Shown piece after piece: positions 1 through 9,338 of a stretch of DNA of 62,701 nucleotides; position 1 is the stretch's first letter; the number at the start of each line of letters is the position of its first letter. This stretch comes from an uncultured Verrucomicrobia subdivision 3 bacterium (GTDB lineage: Bacteria > Verrucomicrobiota > Verrucomicrobiia > Limisphaerales > UBA11358): NCBI GenBank assembly GCA_903888765.1, contig CAISVF010000039.1, positions 1 to 62,701 on the forward strand. The letters are read 5' to 3'. The position numbers and the translations under genes were made by a program. Under the pieces are notes generated by a model. The model was not told where the DNA came from. It saw nothing but the letters and a program-made list of their open reading frames with translations, and did not search any database.

Positions 1-1169
1 AGACCGCCGTCATCCTCGACAGCAGCGCATGCTATGCTGAAATGGGCGGCCAGGTCGGCGACACGGGTGAATTGACCGGCAGCGGCCAACTCTGGCGCGT
101 AGTGAACACGCAGAAGAGCGGAAACACTTTCCTGCATTTCGTCGAAGGCGGAGACGCTCCGTCGGTGGGTGCCAGCGTGACGCTGGCGGTGGAAAAAGCC
201 CGCCGCGATGCGATTCAGCGTCATCACACGGTAACACATCTGCTGCACTGGGCCTTGCACGAAGTGGCCAGCCACGAGGCTTCGCAGAAAGGTTCGTTTG
301 TCGGGCCCGACAAGTTGACGTTTGACTTTAACAGCGCGCCGCTCACGCCCGCGCAAGTAGCGGATATTGAGAAACTCGTCAATGAGCGCATTGTGGAAAA
401 TGCCCCGGTTTCCTGGACCGAAGTCGCCCACGCCGAGGTCAAGCAACGCAAGGACGTGATGCAGTTCTTCGGCGACAAATACGGCGACACCGTCCGTGTG
501 GTGCAAATCGGCGGCGAGGCCAATCATTTAAACGGCTATTCGATGGAGCTCTGCGGCGGCACGCACACGCGCGCGACTGGCGAGATCGGCCTGTTCCGCA
601 TTGTCGGCGAAAGCGCCATCGCCGCCGGCGTCCGGCGCATCGAAGCCGTGGCCGGTCTGGAAGCCTACGGCGTGGCGAACGAGCAATTGCAGCTCATACG
701 CGCCATCGCGGGCAAGCTCAATTCACCCGTCGGTGAACTGGAAAAGAAAGTGGAAGCCCTGCTCGCGCACCAGAAGGAATTGGAACGCCAACTCAAGGCC
801 GCGCAGCAACGCGAAGCCGCCGGCTGCGCCAAGGAATTGGTGACCCAAGCGGAGACGATCAACGGCATTCCCGCCCTCCTCGTCAATCTCGGGGCAAGCG
901 ACGGCGACACCTTGCAGTCCATTGCCGACGCGCTCAAGGCGCAGTTTAAAGGCGTGGTCGTGCTGGGCGGCGCAGCGAACGGCGCGGTGACTTTGATTGC
1001 CACGGTTTCAGCGGATTTCACCGCAAAAATCCAGGCTGGAAAAATCATCCAGCAAATCGCGCCCGTCGTGGGCGGCAAAGGCGGCGGCAAGCCGGACAAC
1101 GCACGCGGCGGCGGCAAGGACGCGGCCAAGCTGGACGAGTCGCTCGCAAAGGCGAAGACTTTATTTTAA
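1..1169 (+). CDS. alaS: Alanine--tRNA ligase, C-terminal part (5' end lies outside the window)
   Basis: The reading frame is open from base 3 (TAVILDSSACYAEMGGQVGDTG...). It contains the editing-domain HxxxH/CxxxH signatures (HHTVTHLLHWAL, ELCGGTHT) and a C-terminal DHHA1-like GGGK...RGGG segment. Stop at 1167-1169. Confidence 0.9.
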   Translation, partial: TAVILDSSACYAEMGGQVGDTGELTGSGQLWRVVNTQKSGNTFLHFVEGGDAPSVGASVTLAVEKARRDAIQRHHTVTHLLHWALHEVASHEASQKGSFVGPDKLTFDFNSAPLTPAQVADIEKLVNERIVENAPVSWTEVAHAEVKQRKDVMQFFGDKYGDTVRVVQIGGEANHLNGYSMELCGGTHTRATGEIGLFRIVGESAIAAGVRRIEAVAGLEAYGVANEQLQLIRAIAGKLNSPVGELEKKVEALLAHQKELERQLKAAQQREAAGCAKELVTQAETINGIPALLVNLGASDGDTLQSIADALKAQFKGVVVLGGAANGAVTLIATVSADFTAKIQAGKIIQQIAPVVGGKGGGKPDNARGGGKDAAKLDESLAKAKTLF

Positions 1170-1173
1170 AAGT

Positions 1174-2103
1174 ATGGCTGTTCCTGATTATCAAAGCTTC
1201 ATGCTTCCAGTTTTGCGCTTTGCCAACAGAACTCCTAACGAGGCAATTCCAACAAAGGTTTTGGTCAATGAAATGGCTAAAGAGTTTGCTTTGAGTGGTG
1301 ATGACTTACGAGAGATGCTGCCTAGTGGAATCAGCACCACATTAGGAAACCGCGTGGGATGGGCAAGCACCTATTTAAAAAAAGCGGGGTTGCTCTCCGC
1401 ACCAAAACGAGCTCACATTCAAATCAGCGAAGCAGGACGAAGAGTGTTGGCGGAAAAACCGAAAATTATCAACACGGCGTTTCTCAAGCAGTTTCCAGAA
1501 TTCAACGTGTTTCAAAGCAAAACAAAAAAAGCAGATGCCCAAGAATCAGAACATAGCGAAGCAATACCCGGTAAAACTCCGGATGACATGATCGCAGCTG
1601 GCTACCAAAGTCTTAGGGCAACATTAGCAACTGATTTACTAGAGCGAATTATAAATTGTACCCCATCATTTTTTGAGCGGCTAGTTGTAGAGCTAATTGT
1701 TAAAATGGGCTATGGTGGCTCCCGGGCCGATGCTGGGAAAGCTCTCGGTCGTTCGGGCGATGGTGGGATTGATGGAATTATTAAACAAGACCGTCTTGGC
1801 TTGGATGCAGTTTACACCCAAGCTAAACGATGGGCCGATAAACCCGTTGGCAGACCTGACGTGCAGCAATTTCAAGGAGCACTTTCGGGGCATGGTGCTG
1901 GCAAGGGCATTTTTATAACTACCTCCTATTTTTCAAAAGATGCAATCGATTATGCAGCGGGATTGCGGAACAGCAGAATCATTTTAATTGATGGAGAACA
2001 ACTAGCTGAATTAATGATCGATTATGGTATTGGGGTAGCGACTGCGGCAGTTTATGAAGTGAAACGAGTGGATTCTGATTATTTTGCAGAAGGGGAGGAT
2101 TGA
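1174..2103 (+). CDS. mrr: Mrr-family type IV restriction endonuclease (Mrr_N winged helix plus Mrr catalytic domain)
   Basis: ATG at 1174 (MAVPDYQSFMLPVLRF...). The upstream extension of ORF 997..2103 overlaps alaS and is Arg/Ser junk. The core GDGGIDGII...D..Y.QAKRW is typical of the Mrr/PD-(D/E)xK fold. The gene is visibly AT-richer than its flanks. Confidence 0.8.
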   Translation: MAVPDYQSFMLPVLRFANRTPNEAIPTKVLVNEMAKEFALSGDDLREMLPSGISTTLGNRVGWASTYLKKAGLLSAPKRAHIQISEAGRRVLAEKPKIINTAFLKQFPEFNVFQSKTKKADAQESEHSEAIPGKTPDDMIAAGYQSLRATLATDLLERIINCTPSFFERLVVELIVKMGYGGSRADAGKALGRSGDGGIDGIIKQDRLGLDAVYTQAKRWADKPVGRPDVQQFQGALSGHGAGKGIFITTSYFSKDAIDYAAGLRNSRIILIDGEQLAELMIDYGIGVATAAVYEVKRVDSDYFAEGED

Positions 2104-2108
2104 TTCGA

Positions 2109-2663
2109 ATGGAGCCGTTACCACCAGCCCGCCGCAAGCGCAGCAAACCGCTGCCGTCGGTTGACATCCGGGAGATGGAATTGCGCGACGTATCGGCGGT
2201 GTTTGACCTCGGGCAAAAGCTCTTCACCGCTGAGGAATGGCCGACGCTGTATCGCTCATGGGATGACCACGAACTGGCGCAGTTATTCAGCACCGAGGCG
2301 GAGACCTGCCTGGTTGCTGAGGCGGAAGGCCGGGTCATCGGCTTCGCACTCGGCCGCGTGATGCAAAAGCCGCGCAGCGCGTGGCGCTATGGCTGGCTGC
2401 TCTGGCTGGGGGTGGACCGCCGCTTCAAGCGCAACGGTATCGCCACGCGCCTGGTGAAACAACTCACAGGCCTGTTTATTGAGCGAGACGCGCGGATCAT
2501 GCTGGTGGACACAGCGGCGAAAAACCACAGCGCCATTAATTTCTTCCGGCGCAACGGCTTTGGCCAGGAAATCCGGCATGTCTATCTGTCCCAGAATCTG
2601 GAGAATGATCCCCGCTATATTGAGCGCAACGACGATCCAACCAATGATGACACGGAAGATTGA
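2109..2663 (+). CDS. GNAT-family N-acetyltransferase
   Basis: ATG at 2109 lies ~10 nt after a GGGGAGGA Shine-Dalgarno-like run; an alternative TTG sits at 2100. The acetyl-CoA binding signature is present (VDRRFKRNGIATRLV = Q/RxxGxG/A-like), followed by ...NHSAINFFRRNGF. Confidence 0.75.
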   Translation: MEPLPPARRKRSKPLPSVDIREMELRDVSAVFDLGQKLFTAEEWPTLYRSWDDHELAQLFSTEAETCLVAEAEGRVIGFALGRVMQKPRSAWRYGWLLWLGVDRRFKRNGIATRLVKQLTGLFIERDARIMLVDTAAKNHSAINFFRRNGFGQEIRHVYLSQNLENDPRYIERNDDPTNDDTED

Positions 2664-2772
2664 GCAATGCCCCCAGGCATTTCCGCGCCGGGGCGATTGA
2701 ATGTGCAGGTAACCAACCCGGGCAACATATAGCCCGTCGGTTACCAAGAGCGGCGTGCAGAGGACTGCCCGC
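2646..2772. repeat. Direct repeat copy A (~127 bp), covering the last codons and stop of the GNAT gene and the downstream sequence
   Basis: gatgacacggaagattgagcaatgcccccaggcatttccgcgccggggcgattgaatgtgcagg...agcccgtcggttaccaagagcggcgtgcagaggactgcccgc aligns base-for-base, with scattered mismatches, to 3006..3135. Confidence 0.85.
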
Positions 2773-3005
2773 TTTGCCGTGAGCCTGGCGGGAATCTCAT
2801 GATTTTAAACCCTTCCTTTTTGCATTTTGGCCGAAGGTTTAGCGTTAAGCACCTTAGGTAAGGCTTATTGCATTTGACTAGATCGAAGATGTCGCTCCGA
2901 CGGAGCTTTGTTGTTTTTATGGTTTGGGAAACTACAAATATTCCAGCCCTACGGGCTTCCAAAAGTCATAGCCAAACACGTCACAAAATGTGGCAAACAT
3001 TAGGT

Positions 3006-3135
3006 GATGATAATGCGGAAGATTGAGCAATTCCCCCAGGCATTTCCGCGCCGGGGTGATTGAATGCGCAGGCAAACAGCCTGGGTAAAATATAGCCCGT
3101 CGGTTACCAGGAGCGGCGCGCAGAGGACTGCCCGC
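3006..3135. repeat. Direct repeat copy B (~130 bp)
   Basis: gatgataatgcggaagattgagcaattcccccaggcatttccgcgccggggtgattgaatgcgcagg...agcccgtcggttaccaggagcggcgcgcagaggactgcccgc. It includes a ghost copy of the GNAT C-terminal codons (..DDNAED*). Confidence 0.85.
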
Positions 3136-3168
3136 CCAACCGTGGCGACCCGTTTTTGCGGGGATGAA

Positions 3169-4305
3169 TCACTTGCCCACGGCGCGAAACTGGCGCAACG
3201 CGCAGAAGACATCCAACCGCGCCAGCAGGAAATAAGCCCAGCGCTGCTGCCAGCGCTGCCAAGCCGATTGGGTGGCACGCCAGTGCGCCAAATCCAACTT
3301 CCGGCAATGGCGCAAGGTTTCGTCGAAAATCTTCCGCGCGGAGGCGACGCTGGGGCGATGTTCCAAGCGCAACATCAGCTCATAGTTCAACTTGAGGCTG
3401 CGAACATCAAAATTGGCAGAACCGGCATAGGCAACCTGATCAACCACCAAGAGCTTGGCGTGCAAAATCTGCGGCTGATATTCATAAATCTCCACGCCGG
3501 CAGCGAGCAGGCGGCGATACAAATTACGACCGGCGAGCTGAGCCAGCAGCACATCCGACTTGCCGGCGAGAATCAACTGCACGCGTCCGCCGCGCCGCAC
3601 CGCGCGCAACAGGTCACGACGGAGCTTCCGCGGGGGCAGGAAATACGCGGTCATGATCCGCACATCACGAGCCCGGACAAGATCATGATGGAGGGCGGAG
3701 TACAGCGGGCTGCCCTGATTGCCCGGCCGGCTCCACAACGACACCCGGGCAGGGAGCACGCGGGAATTGCGCCGGTGCCGGAAAACGCGCAGGCGCAGTA
3801 GCGGGCGGCGGCGGAAATCAGCCAGCGCAAACAATTTATCAAAAGTAGTGCCCAGCTCGGCAACCAATTCGGCATTATCAACCCGGAAGCCAAGGTCACA
3901 CCAGCCGCCGGTGACCCCATCGCCATCATATTCATCCGACAAGTTAAAACCGCCAGCAAAAGCGGTGTGGTCATCACAGACCAGTAATTTACGGTGATCT
4001 CGCACGCCAAAGCGCCAAAACCGCAACGGATTGAACCGGCGGACATTCCCCCCGGCCGCAACCAGGGCGGCAAAATAATCACCCGCCAATTGCCAGGACC
4101 CCAGCGCATCCACCAAAACAGAAACCCGCACGCCGCGCCGGGCGGCAGCAATGAGCGCGTCCCGAAAGCGGCGCCCAACGTCGCCGTCGGAATAAATATA
4201 GGTTTCCAGCCGCACAGAAGTGCGCGCCTCATGGATAGCCGCAAGCATGGCCGGAAAAACTTCGCGGCCCGTACGCAGCCATTGAGGTGAGATAAGAACG
4301 GACAT
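3169..4305 (-). CDS. Phospholipase D family protein, ClsB-like cardiolipin synthase (two HKD motifs)
   Basis: Two HxKxxxxD motifs: HRKLLVCDDHTAFAGGFNLSDEY and HAKLLVVDQVAYAGSANFDVRS. I prefer the start at the internal ATG 4305 (MSVLISPQWL...). The longest ORF begins at 4386. Confidence 0.8.
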   Translation of the reverse strand: MSVLISPQWLRTGREVFPAMLAAIHEARTSVRLETYIYSDGDVGRRFRDALIAAARRGVRVSVLVDALGSWQLAGDYFAALVAAGGNVRRFNPLRFWRFGVRDHRKLLVCDDHTAFAGGFNLSDEYDGDGVTGGWCDLGFRVDNAELVAELGTTFDKLFALADFRRRPLLRLRVFRHRRNSRVLPARVSLWSRPGNQGSPLYSALHHDLVRARDVRIMTAYFLPPRKLRRDLLRAVRRGGRVQLILAGKSDVLLAQLAGRNLYRRLLAAGVEIYEYQPQILHAKLLVVDQVAYAGSANFDVRSLKLNYELMLRLEHRPSVASARKIFDETLRHCRKLDLAHWRATQSAWQRWQQRWAYFLLARLDVFCALRQFRAVGK

Positions 4306-4401
4306 CCGCTTTCTGATGGCCGACCGGCGAACAAATAACAAGCAGAAACGGCCATTGTTACCAATGGCCGTTTCGCGATGACTCAATTCCGACCGGGCTT
4401 A

Positions 4402-6219
4402 TCAGCCGATGCGCTGGCTCAGGCTGGCGAGCTGGTCCTTCAAGGCCTGGGGCAATTTATCCCCCAGCTTGGCATAATTCGCGGCGACGTCGGCAATTTC
4501 GTTTTTCCAGCCGGGGAGATCCACCTTCAGCAGTTCCTCGATATTGCCGGCAGGTAGATTAAGGCCCGCCAAATCCAGCGCGCCGGGCGCGGGCAGGTTG
4601 CCGATGGGAGTGGTTACGGACTTACCGGTGCCTTCCACGCGTTCGCAAATCCATTTCAAAACCCGGCTGTTGTCGCCGTAGCCGGGCCAGAGGAATTTAC
4701 CTTCGTCACTGCGACGGAACCAGTTGACAAAATAAACTTTGGGCAGCTTGCTCCGGTCGGTCTTTTTCGCGAAGGAAAGCCAGTGGGCGAAATAATCCGC
4801 CATGTTGTAGCCGCAGAACGGCAACATGGCAAAGGGATCGCGGCGGAGCACGCCAGCCGCGCCGAGAGCGGCGGCGGTGGTTTCGGAACCACAGGCGGAC
4901 CCCATGAAAACCCCGTGCTCCCAGTCAAACGCTTCGTTGACGAGCGGAATGGTGCTGGGACGGCGGCCGCCGAAAAGGATGGCTGAGAGCGGCACGCCTT
5001 CGGGACTCTGCCACGCGGGATCAATGACCGGGCATTGTTCCGCCGGGGCGGTGAAACGGGAATTCGCATGGGCACCTTTCTTGCCGCCAGCCGGCGTCCA
5101 GGGATTGCCTTCCCAGTCAATGCCGGTGGCGGGCGCGGGCACACCCATGTCTTCCCACCAGATATCATTATCCGGCGTGAGCACGACATTGGTGAAGATG
5201 GTGTTTTTGGCACAGGACGTAAGGGCGTGAGGATTCGAATTGGCGGAAGTTCCCGGGGCGACGCCGAAGAACCCGGTTTCCGGATTCATGGCCCAGAGCC
5301 GGCCGTCTTTGCCAACCCGGATCCACGCGATATCGTCGCCGAGGGTGGTGACTTTCCAGCCAGGCAGCGTGGGCTGCATCATGGCCAGATTGGTCTTGCC
5401 ACAGGCGCTGGGAAAGGCGGCGGCAACGTAGTGTTTCTGACCGGCCGGCGAGGTGAGCCCCAGAACAAGCATATGTTCGGCCATCCAACCTTCCCGCTGC
5501 GCGACCGTGGAAGCAATCCGGAGCGCGAGACATTTTTTGCCGAGCAACGCGTTGCCGCCATAGCCGGAGCCATAGGACCAAATGGAAGGTTCGTCGGGAA
5601 AATGGACAATATATTTCTTTTTGGGATCGGGTTCGCACGGCCAGGAAACGTCTTTTTGTCCAGGCGACAGGGGCGCGCCAACCGAGTGCACACAGGGGAT
5701 AAATTTGCCATCCGCACCGAGCTTGTCCAAAACCGTCTGCCCCATGCGGGTCATGATGCGCATGTTGACGACCACGTAGGGCGAATCAGTAATTTCAATG
5801 CCGATTTTACAAATAGGCGATTCCAGCGGTCCCATGGCGAAGGGAATGACATACAGCGTACGCCCCTTCATGCAGCCCTTAAATAAGGCGAGCAATTCCG
5901 CTTTCATCGCCACCGGCTCAGCCCAGTTATTGGATGAGCCAGCCTCCTCTTTGGTACGGGAGCAGATAAACGTCCGGTCTTCCACCCGGGCAACGTCACT
6001 CGGATGCGAGCGAGCCAGGTAACTGCCGGGCCGCTTCTTTTCATCCAGCTTGATAAATGTCCCCGCCTGGACCATCAGGTCGCAAAGCGCCTGATTTTCC
6101 TGAGCGGAACCGTCGCACCAATGGATGGCCGAAGGCTGGCAGAGCGCGGCCATTTCCTGGACCCACGCCACGAGAATTTTATGAGATGTATTTGGTTGAT
6201 TTGATGTTGTACTAGTCAT
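4402..6219 (-). CDS. pckG: Phosphoenolpyruvate carboxykinase (GTP)
   Basis: 605 aa with GTP-PEPCK hallmarks: [10 protein letters not shown] kinase-1a P-loop, GDDIAW, FGGRRP, NWFR. Confidence 0.95.
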   Translation of the reverse strand: MTSTTSNQPNTSHKILVAWVQEMAALCQPSAIHWCDGSAQENQALCDLMVQAGTFIKLDEKKRPGSYLARSHPSDVARVEDRTFICSRTKEEAGSSNNWAEPVAMKAELLALFKGCMKGRTLYVIPFAMGPLESPICKIGIEITDSPYVVVNMRIMTRMGQTVLDKLGADGKFIPCVHSVGAPLSPGQKDVSWPCEPDPKKKYIVHFPDEPSIWSYGSGYGGNALLGKKCLALRIASTVAQREGWMAEHMLVLGLTSPAGQKHYVAAAFPSACGKTNLAMMQPTLPGWKVTTLGDDIAWIRVGKDGRLWAMNPETGFFGVAPGTSANSNPHALTSCAKNTIFTNVVLTPDNDIWWEDMGVPAPATGIDWEGNPWTPAGGKKGAHANSRFTAPAEQCPVIDPAWQSPEGVPLSAILFGGRRPSTIPLVNEAFDWEHGVFMGSACGSETTAAALGAAGVLRRDPFAMLPFCGYNMADYFAHWLSFAKKTDRSKLPKVYFVNWFRRSDEGKFLWPGYGDNSRVLKWICERVEGTGKSVTTPIGNLPAPGALDLAGLNLPAGNIEELLKVDLPGWKNEIADVAANYAKLGDKLPQALKDQLASLSQRIG

Positions 6220-6306
6220 GTTGTTTTAATTAGAAAAATCCTGCCAAAGGTTGCCATAAAACAGACAGACTTAACAATCGCAAAAATTGGCCAATGTTTT
6301 CCTTTT

Positions 6307-8676
6307 TTGGCGTCGCACTGGATGACCGATCCTGTTAAAGATAATAGCAATATGGCTGCGACCTCTGCTCATCCAGCCGCCCGCACCCGGGCGGAGGAGC
6401 GCTGTCTTGCGCGTTCGCTGCTCCACACCCTGGCCGAGGAACCCACACTGGAGGCGGTAACGATTGATCGGGCGAATCAGAAAATTTCCGTGGCCACCCT
6501 CGGACGCACAGACGTGGAAAAGCTCACCGCGCGGATCAGTCACGACCTGGAAACCGTCCAGTCGGTGAGCCAGCAACAGCCCTGCCGGCTGCTCGACGGT
6601 CAGGACCGGTGCGACATCTGCGACACGCCACTCTCCGCCGCCGAGCGCAGCACCATCACGATCCGGTCCGAGCATAACACGACCACGATCGCCCGGGTCA
6701 CCTGTCCGACCGCACCCAAATTCTGGCGCTGGCGGGAACTGCCGTTCCCGAAAATTGTCCAGCGCGATGTGGAATTTCTTGAGCACGCCGAAGAACACGA
6801 CCATGCCGACGAATGGAAATGGCAACTGCTGCTCGCAGGCGTCTGCGGCATAGCGGGTTTACTCGCAGCGGTTGGGTTTCCGGCGGCACGCATTCCGCTG
6901 TTTATGCTAAGCTACCTCGCCGGCGCGTGGTTTCCCGCCGAGGAAGTATGGGAGCGGCTGCAAAAGCGCACCCTGGACGTTCACTTTTTGATGCTCGCCG
7001 TCGCCGCCGGCAGCGCGATCATCGGCGCATGGGGGGAAGGCGCCACCCTGCTCTTTCTCTTTTCGTTTTCCGGCGCATTGGAACACTATGCCCTGGGCCG
7101 GACGCAAAAAGAAATCCGGTCGCTTTTCCGGGATGCGCCGAAGACAGCGACGCTGATTGACCGGGACGGAAACGAACAAGAGTTAGCGGTGGAAAAAATC
7201 CCCGCCGGAGCGCGCCTGGTCATCAAGCCGGGATCCCAATTTCCCGTGGATGCGGAAATCGTCAAAGGGACCACGGCTGCAGACGAATCCAATCTCACCG
7301 GCGAAGCCACGCCGGTTGAAAAAAAGATCGGCGACCTGACGCTAGCCGGCACCATTAATTTATGGGGCGCCGTGGAAGTCGTGGTTACGCGCCCGGCCGC
7401 GGAAAGCTCGCTGCAAAAAATCATCACGCTGATCCGCGAAGCGCAGCAGCAAAAAGCGCCGGCCCAGCAATTCGCCGACCGGTTCAGCACCTATTACACC
7501 TACGGAGTGATAGCCCTCTCCCTGCTGATGTTTTTCGTGTGGTGGCAGGGCTGGCAACTGCCGGCGTTTACTTCGTCCCCGGGTGAACAAAGCGCTTTTT
7601 ACCGGACCATGACATTGCTCGTGGTTTCCTCACCCTGCGCGCTGGTGCTATCCATTCCGTCGGCGGTACTGGCGGCCATCGCCTTTGGCGCCCGCCATGG
7701 AATTCTATTTCGCGGCGGCGCGGCCGTGGAAAAACTGGCCGAGATCAACACCGTCTGCCTCGATAAAACCGGCACGCTCACCACGGGCGAACTGCGGGTG
7801 GAAACCGTAGAGAGCATTCCACCAGGTCGGGAAAAAGAAATCATTCAGCTCGCTTACTCGCTGGAAAAACTATCCACCCATCCCCTGGCCCGTGCCATCA
7901 CCCGCCATGGCAAACAGCAGGGACTGGATGTCATCGAGTTTCCGTCCTTCGAATCGGTCACCGGCGAAGGCTTGAAGGCCCGACATAACGGCCGCGAGAT
8001 TTATCTCGGCAAGCGCGAGTGGATCGAGTCGCTCAAGGGGCGCGGGACATTGGCCACGCCCCAATCCGGCGCGGGCACTTCCGAAGTGTGGGTGGCAGAT
8101 GGGGCCCTGCTGGGGCGCGTCATTTTGCGCGACGACATCCGGCCGCAGGCGGCAGCGGTCATCTCGGAGTTACGACAGGCGGGCTTAACCTCGGTGGTCC
8201 TGACCGGGGATCGCGCCGCGGCCGCCGCGCATCTCAAAGCGGAATTGCAACTGGATGACGTGCGCGCCGAATTGAAGCCGGAGCAGAAAGTTGCTGCCAT
8301 CCGCGAATTGAACGACCATGGCAAATGCGTCGCCATGATCGGCGACGGGGTCAATGATGCCCCGAGCCTGGCGGTCGCGCATATCGGCGTGGCCATGGGG
8401 GCGCGTGGTTCTGACGCCGCCCTGGAACAGGCAGATGTGGTGCTGATGCACGACCGGCTGGAGAATTTCCTGGCGGCGTTTCACTTAAGCCAGCGGGCCC
8501 GCAGTGTGATCCGGCAAAATCTTTTCATCTCACTCGGCACCGTCGTGGTGCTGGTCTGTTTTGCGCTAGCAGGCAAAATTCCGCTCACGATTGGCGTCGT
8601 GGGACACGAGGGCAGCACGGTGGTGGTGGTGATGAACAGCCTGCGACTGCTCTTTGACACCCGCAAAAAGCGGTAA
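6307..8676 (+). CDS. Heavy-metal translocating P1B-type ATPase (SPC transmembrane motif, Co/Zn-type candidate)
   Basis: Contains DKTGTLT, TGD, GDGVNDAP, the TM6 motif SSPCAL (SPC) and a C-terminal HEGSTVVVVMNSLRLL. The N-terminal ~170 aa lack a classical GMxCxxC fold but carry CRLLDGQDRCDICD and HAEEHDHADE. The start is uncertain (TTG 6307, ATG 6322 or ATG 6352). Confidence 0.9.
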   Translation: MASHWMTDPVKDNSNMAATSAHPAARTRAEERCLARSLLHTLAEEPTLEAVTIDRANQKISVATLGRTDVEKLTARISHDLETVQSVSQQQPCRLLDGQDRCDICDTPLSAAERSTITIRSEHNTTTIARVTCPTAPKFWRWRELPFPKIVQRDVEFLEHAEEHDHADEWKWQLLLAGVCGIAGLLAAVGFPAARIPLFMLSYLAGAWFPAEEVWERLQKRTLDVHFLMLAVAAGSAIIGAWGEGATLLFLFSFSGALEHYALGRTQKEIRSLFRDAPKTATLIDRDGNEQELAVEKIPAGARLVIKPGSQFPVDAEIVKGTTAADESNLTGEATPVEKKIGDLTLAGTINLWGAVEVVVTRPAAESSLQKIITLIREAQQQKAPAQQFADRFSTYYTYGVIALSLLMFFVWWQGWQLPAFTSSPGEQSAFYRTMTLLVVSSPCALVLSIPSAVLAAIAFGARHGILFRGGAAVEKLAEINTVCLDKTGTLTTGELRVETVESIPPGREKEIIQLAYSLEKLSTHPLARAITRHGKQQGLDVIEFPSFESVTGEGLKARHNGREIYLGKREWIESLKGRGTLATPQSGAGTSEVWVADGALLGRVILRDDIRPQAAAVISELRQAGLTSVVLTGDRAAAAAHLKAELQLDDVRAELKPEQKVAAIRELNDHGKCVAMIGDGVNDAPSLAVAHIGVAMGARGSDAALEQADVVLMHDRLENFLAAFHLSQRARSVIRQNLFISLGTVVVLVCFALAGKIPLTIGVVGHEGSTVVVVMNSLRLLFDTRKKR

Positions 8677-8761
8677 GGGTCAGCCAGAGTTGATCGCAAG
8701 TGCGGGAAAACCGGGAATAAAGCGCGCTCCCACGAAGGTGACCAGAGTTAAATTTACTCTC

Positions 8762-9229
8762 ATGAATCCAGACTTCATGCGCGAAGCCATCCGGCTTTCG
8801 CGCCAAAAAATGCAAGCGGGCGCGGGCGGACCGTTCGGAGCGGTGGTGGTGCGAAACAATGCAATTATTGCGCGCGGATGGAACCGCGTCACCTCCGCGA
8901 ACGACCCCACGGCGCATGCGGAAGTCACGGCCATTCGCGCAGCCTGCAAAAAGCTCCGGACCTTCCAATTGGATGACTGCGAATTATACACCAGCTGCGA
9001 GCCTTGTCCCATGTGTCTCGCCGCCATTTATTGGGCGCGTTTCCAAAAGGTCTTTTTTGCCAACTCGCGCAAAGATGCGGCGCAGATCCAGTTTGACGAC
9101 GACCTGATTTACCGGGAAGTGGCGCGCCCCATATCACGGCGGAGGATTCCGATGACGCAATTGCTCCGGCCGGAAGCCCTAAAAGTATTCGCAGAATGGC
9201 AAGCCAAGCCGGATAAAGTTCGCTACTGA
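8762..9229 (+). CDS. guaD: Guanine deaminase (cytidine/deoxycytidylate deaminase fold, GuaD type)
   Basis: MNPDFMREAIRLS..., GGPFGAVVV, NDPTAHAEVTAIRAACKKL, LYTSCEPCPMCLAAIYWAR and FDDDLIYREV closely follow the Bacillus GuaD pattern. The upstream part of ORF 8654..9229 overlaps the ATPase 3' end. Confidence 0.85.
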   Translation: MNPDFMREAIRLSRQKMQAGAGGPFGAVVVRNNAIIARGWNRVTSANDPTAHAEVTAIRAACKKLRTFQLDDCELYTSCEPCPMCLAAIYWARFQKVFFANSRKDAAQIQFDDDLIYREVARPISRRRIPMTQLLRPEALKVFAEWQAKPDKVRY

Positions 9230-9338
9230 AGGCGAGAGCGTTCCCCGCCAGACCAGTTAACCGGGAAACCAAAATTTTGTCGAACGGCGGCGACAGGGGC
9301 TTGTCGGAGGAAAAAAAATTTGCAAGACTGGCTGCATC

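Noticed and set aside
997-1173. N-terminal extension of the Mrr ORF (start at 997), and similar long 5' extensions of guaD (8654), pheS (21364), rplI (24663), the AKR gene (22788), the GH17-like gene (38670) and HU (61718).
   Set aside because: The extensions overlap the preceding gene or lie in intergenic DNA, and they encode low-complexity sequence. In each case an internal ATG restores the canonical family N-terminus or signal peptide.
1174-4386. Mrr + GNAT + PLD-family protein, considered as a three-gene defence island.
   Set aside because: Only Mrr looks defence-related and compositionally foreign. The PLD protein has the two-HKD ClsB cardiolipin-synthase layout and lies on the opposite strand beyond the repeat region. 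The GNAT protein is generic. There is no evidence that they act together.
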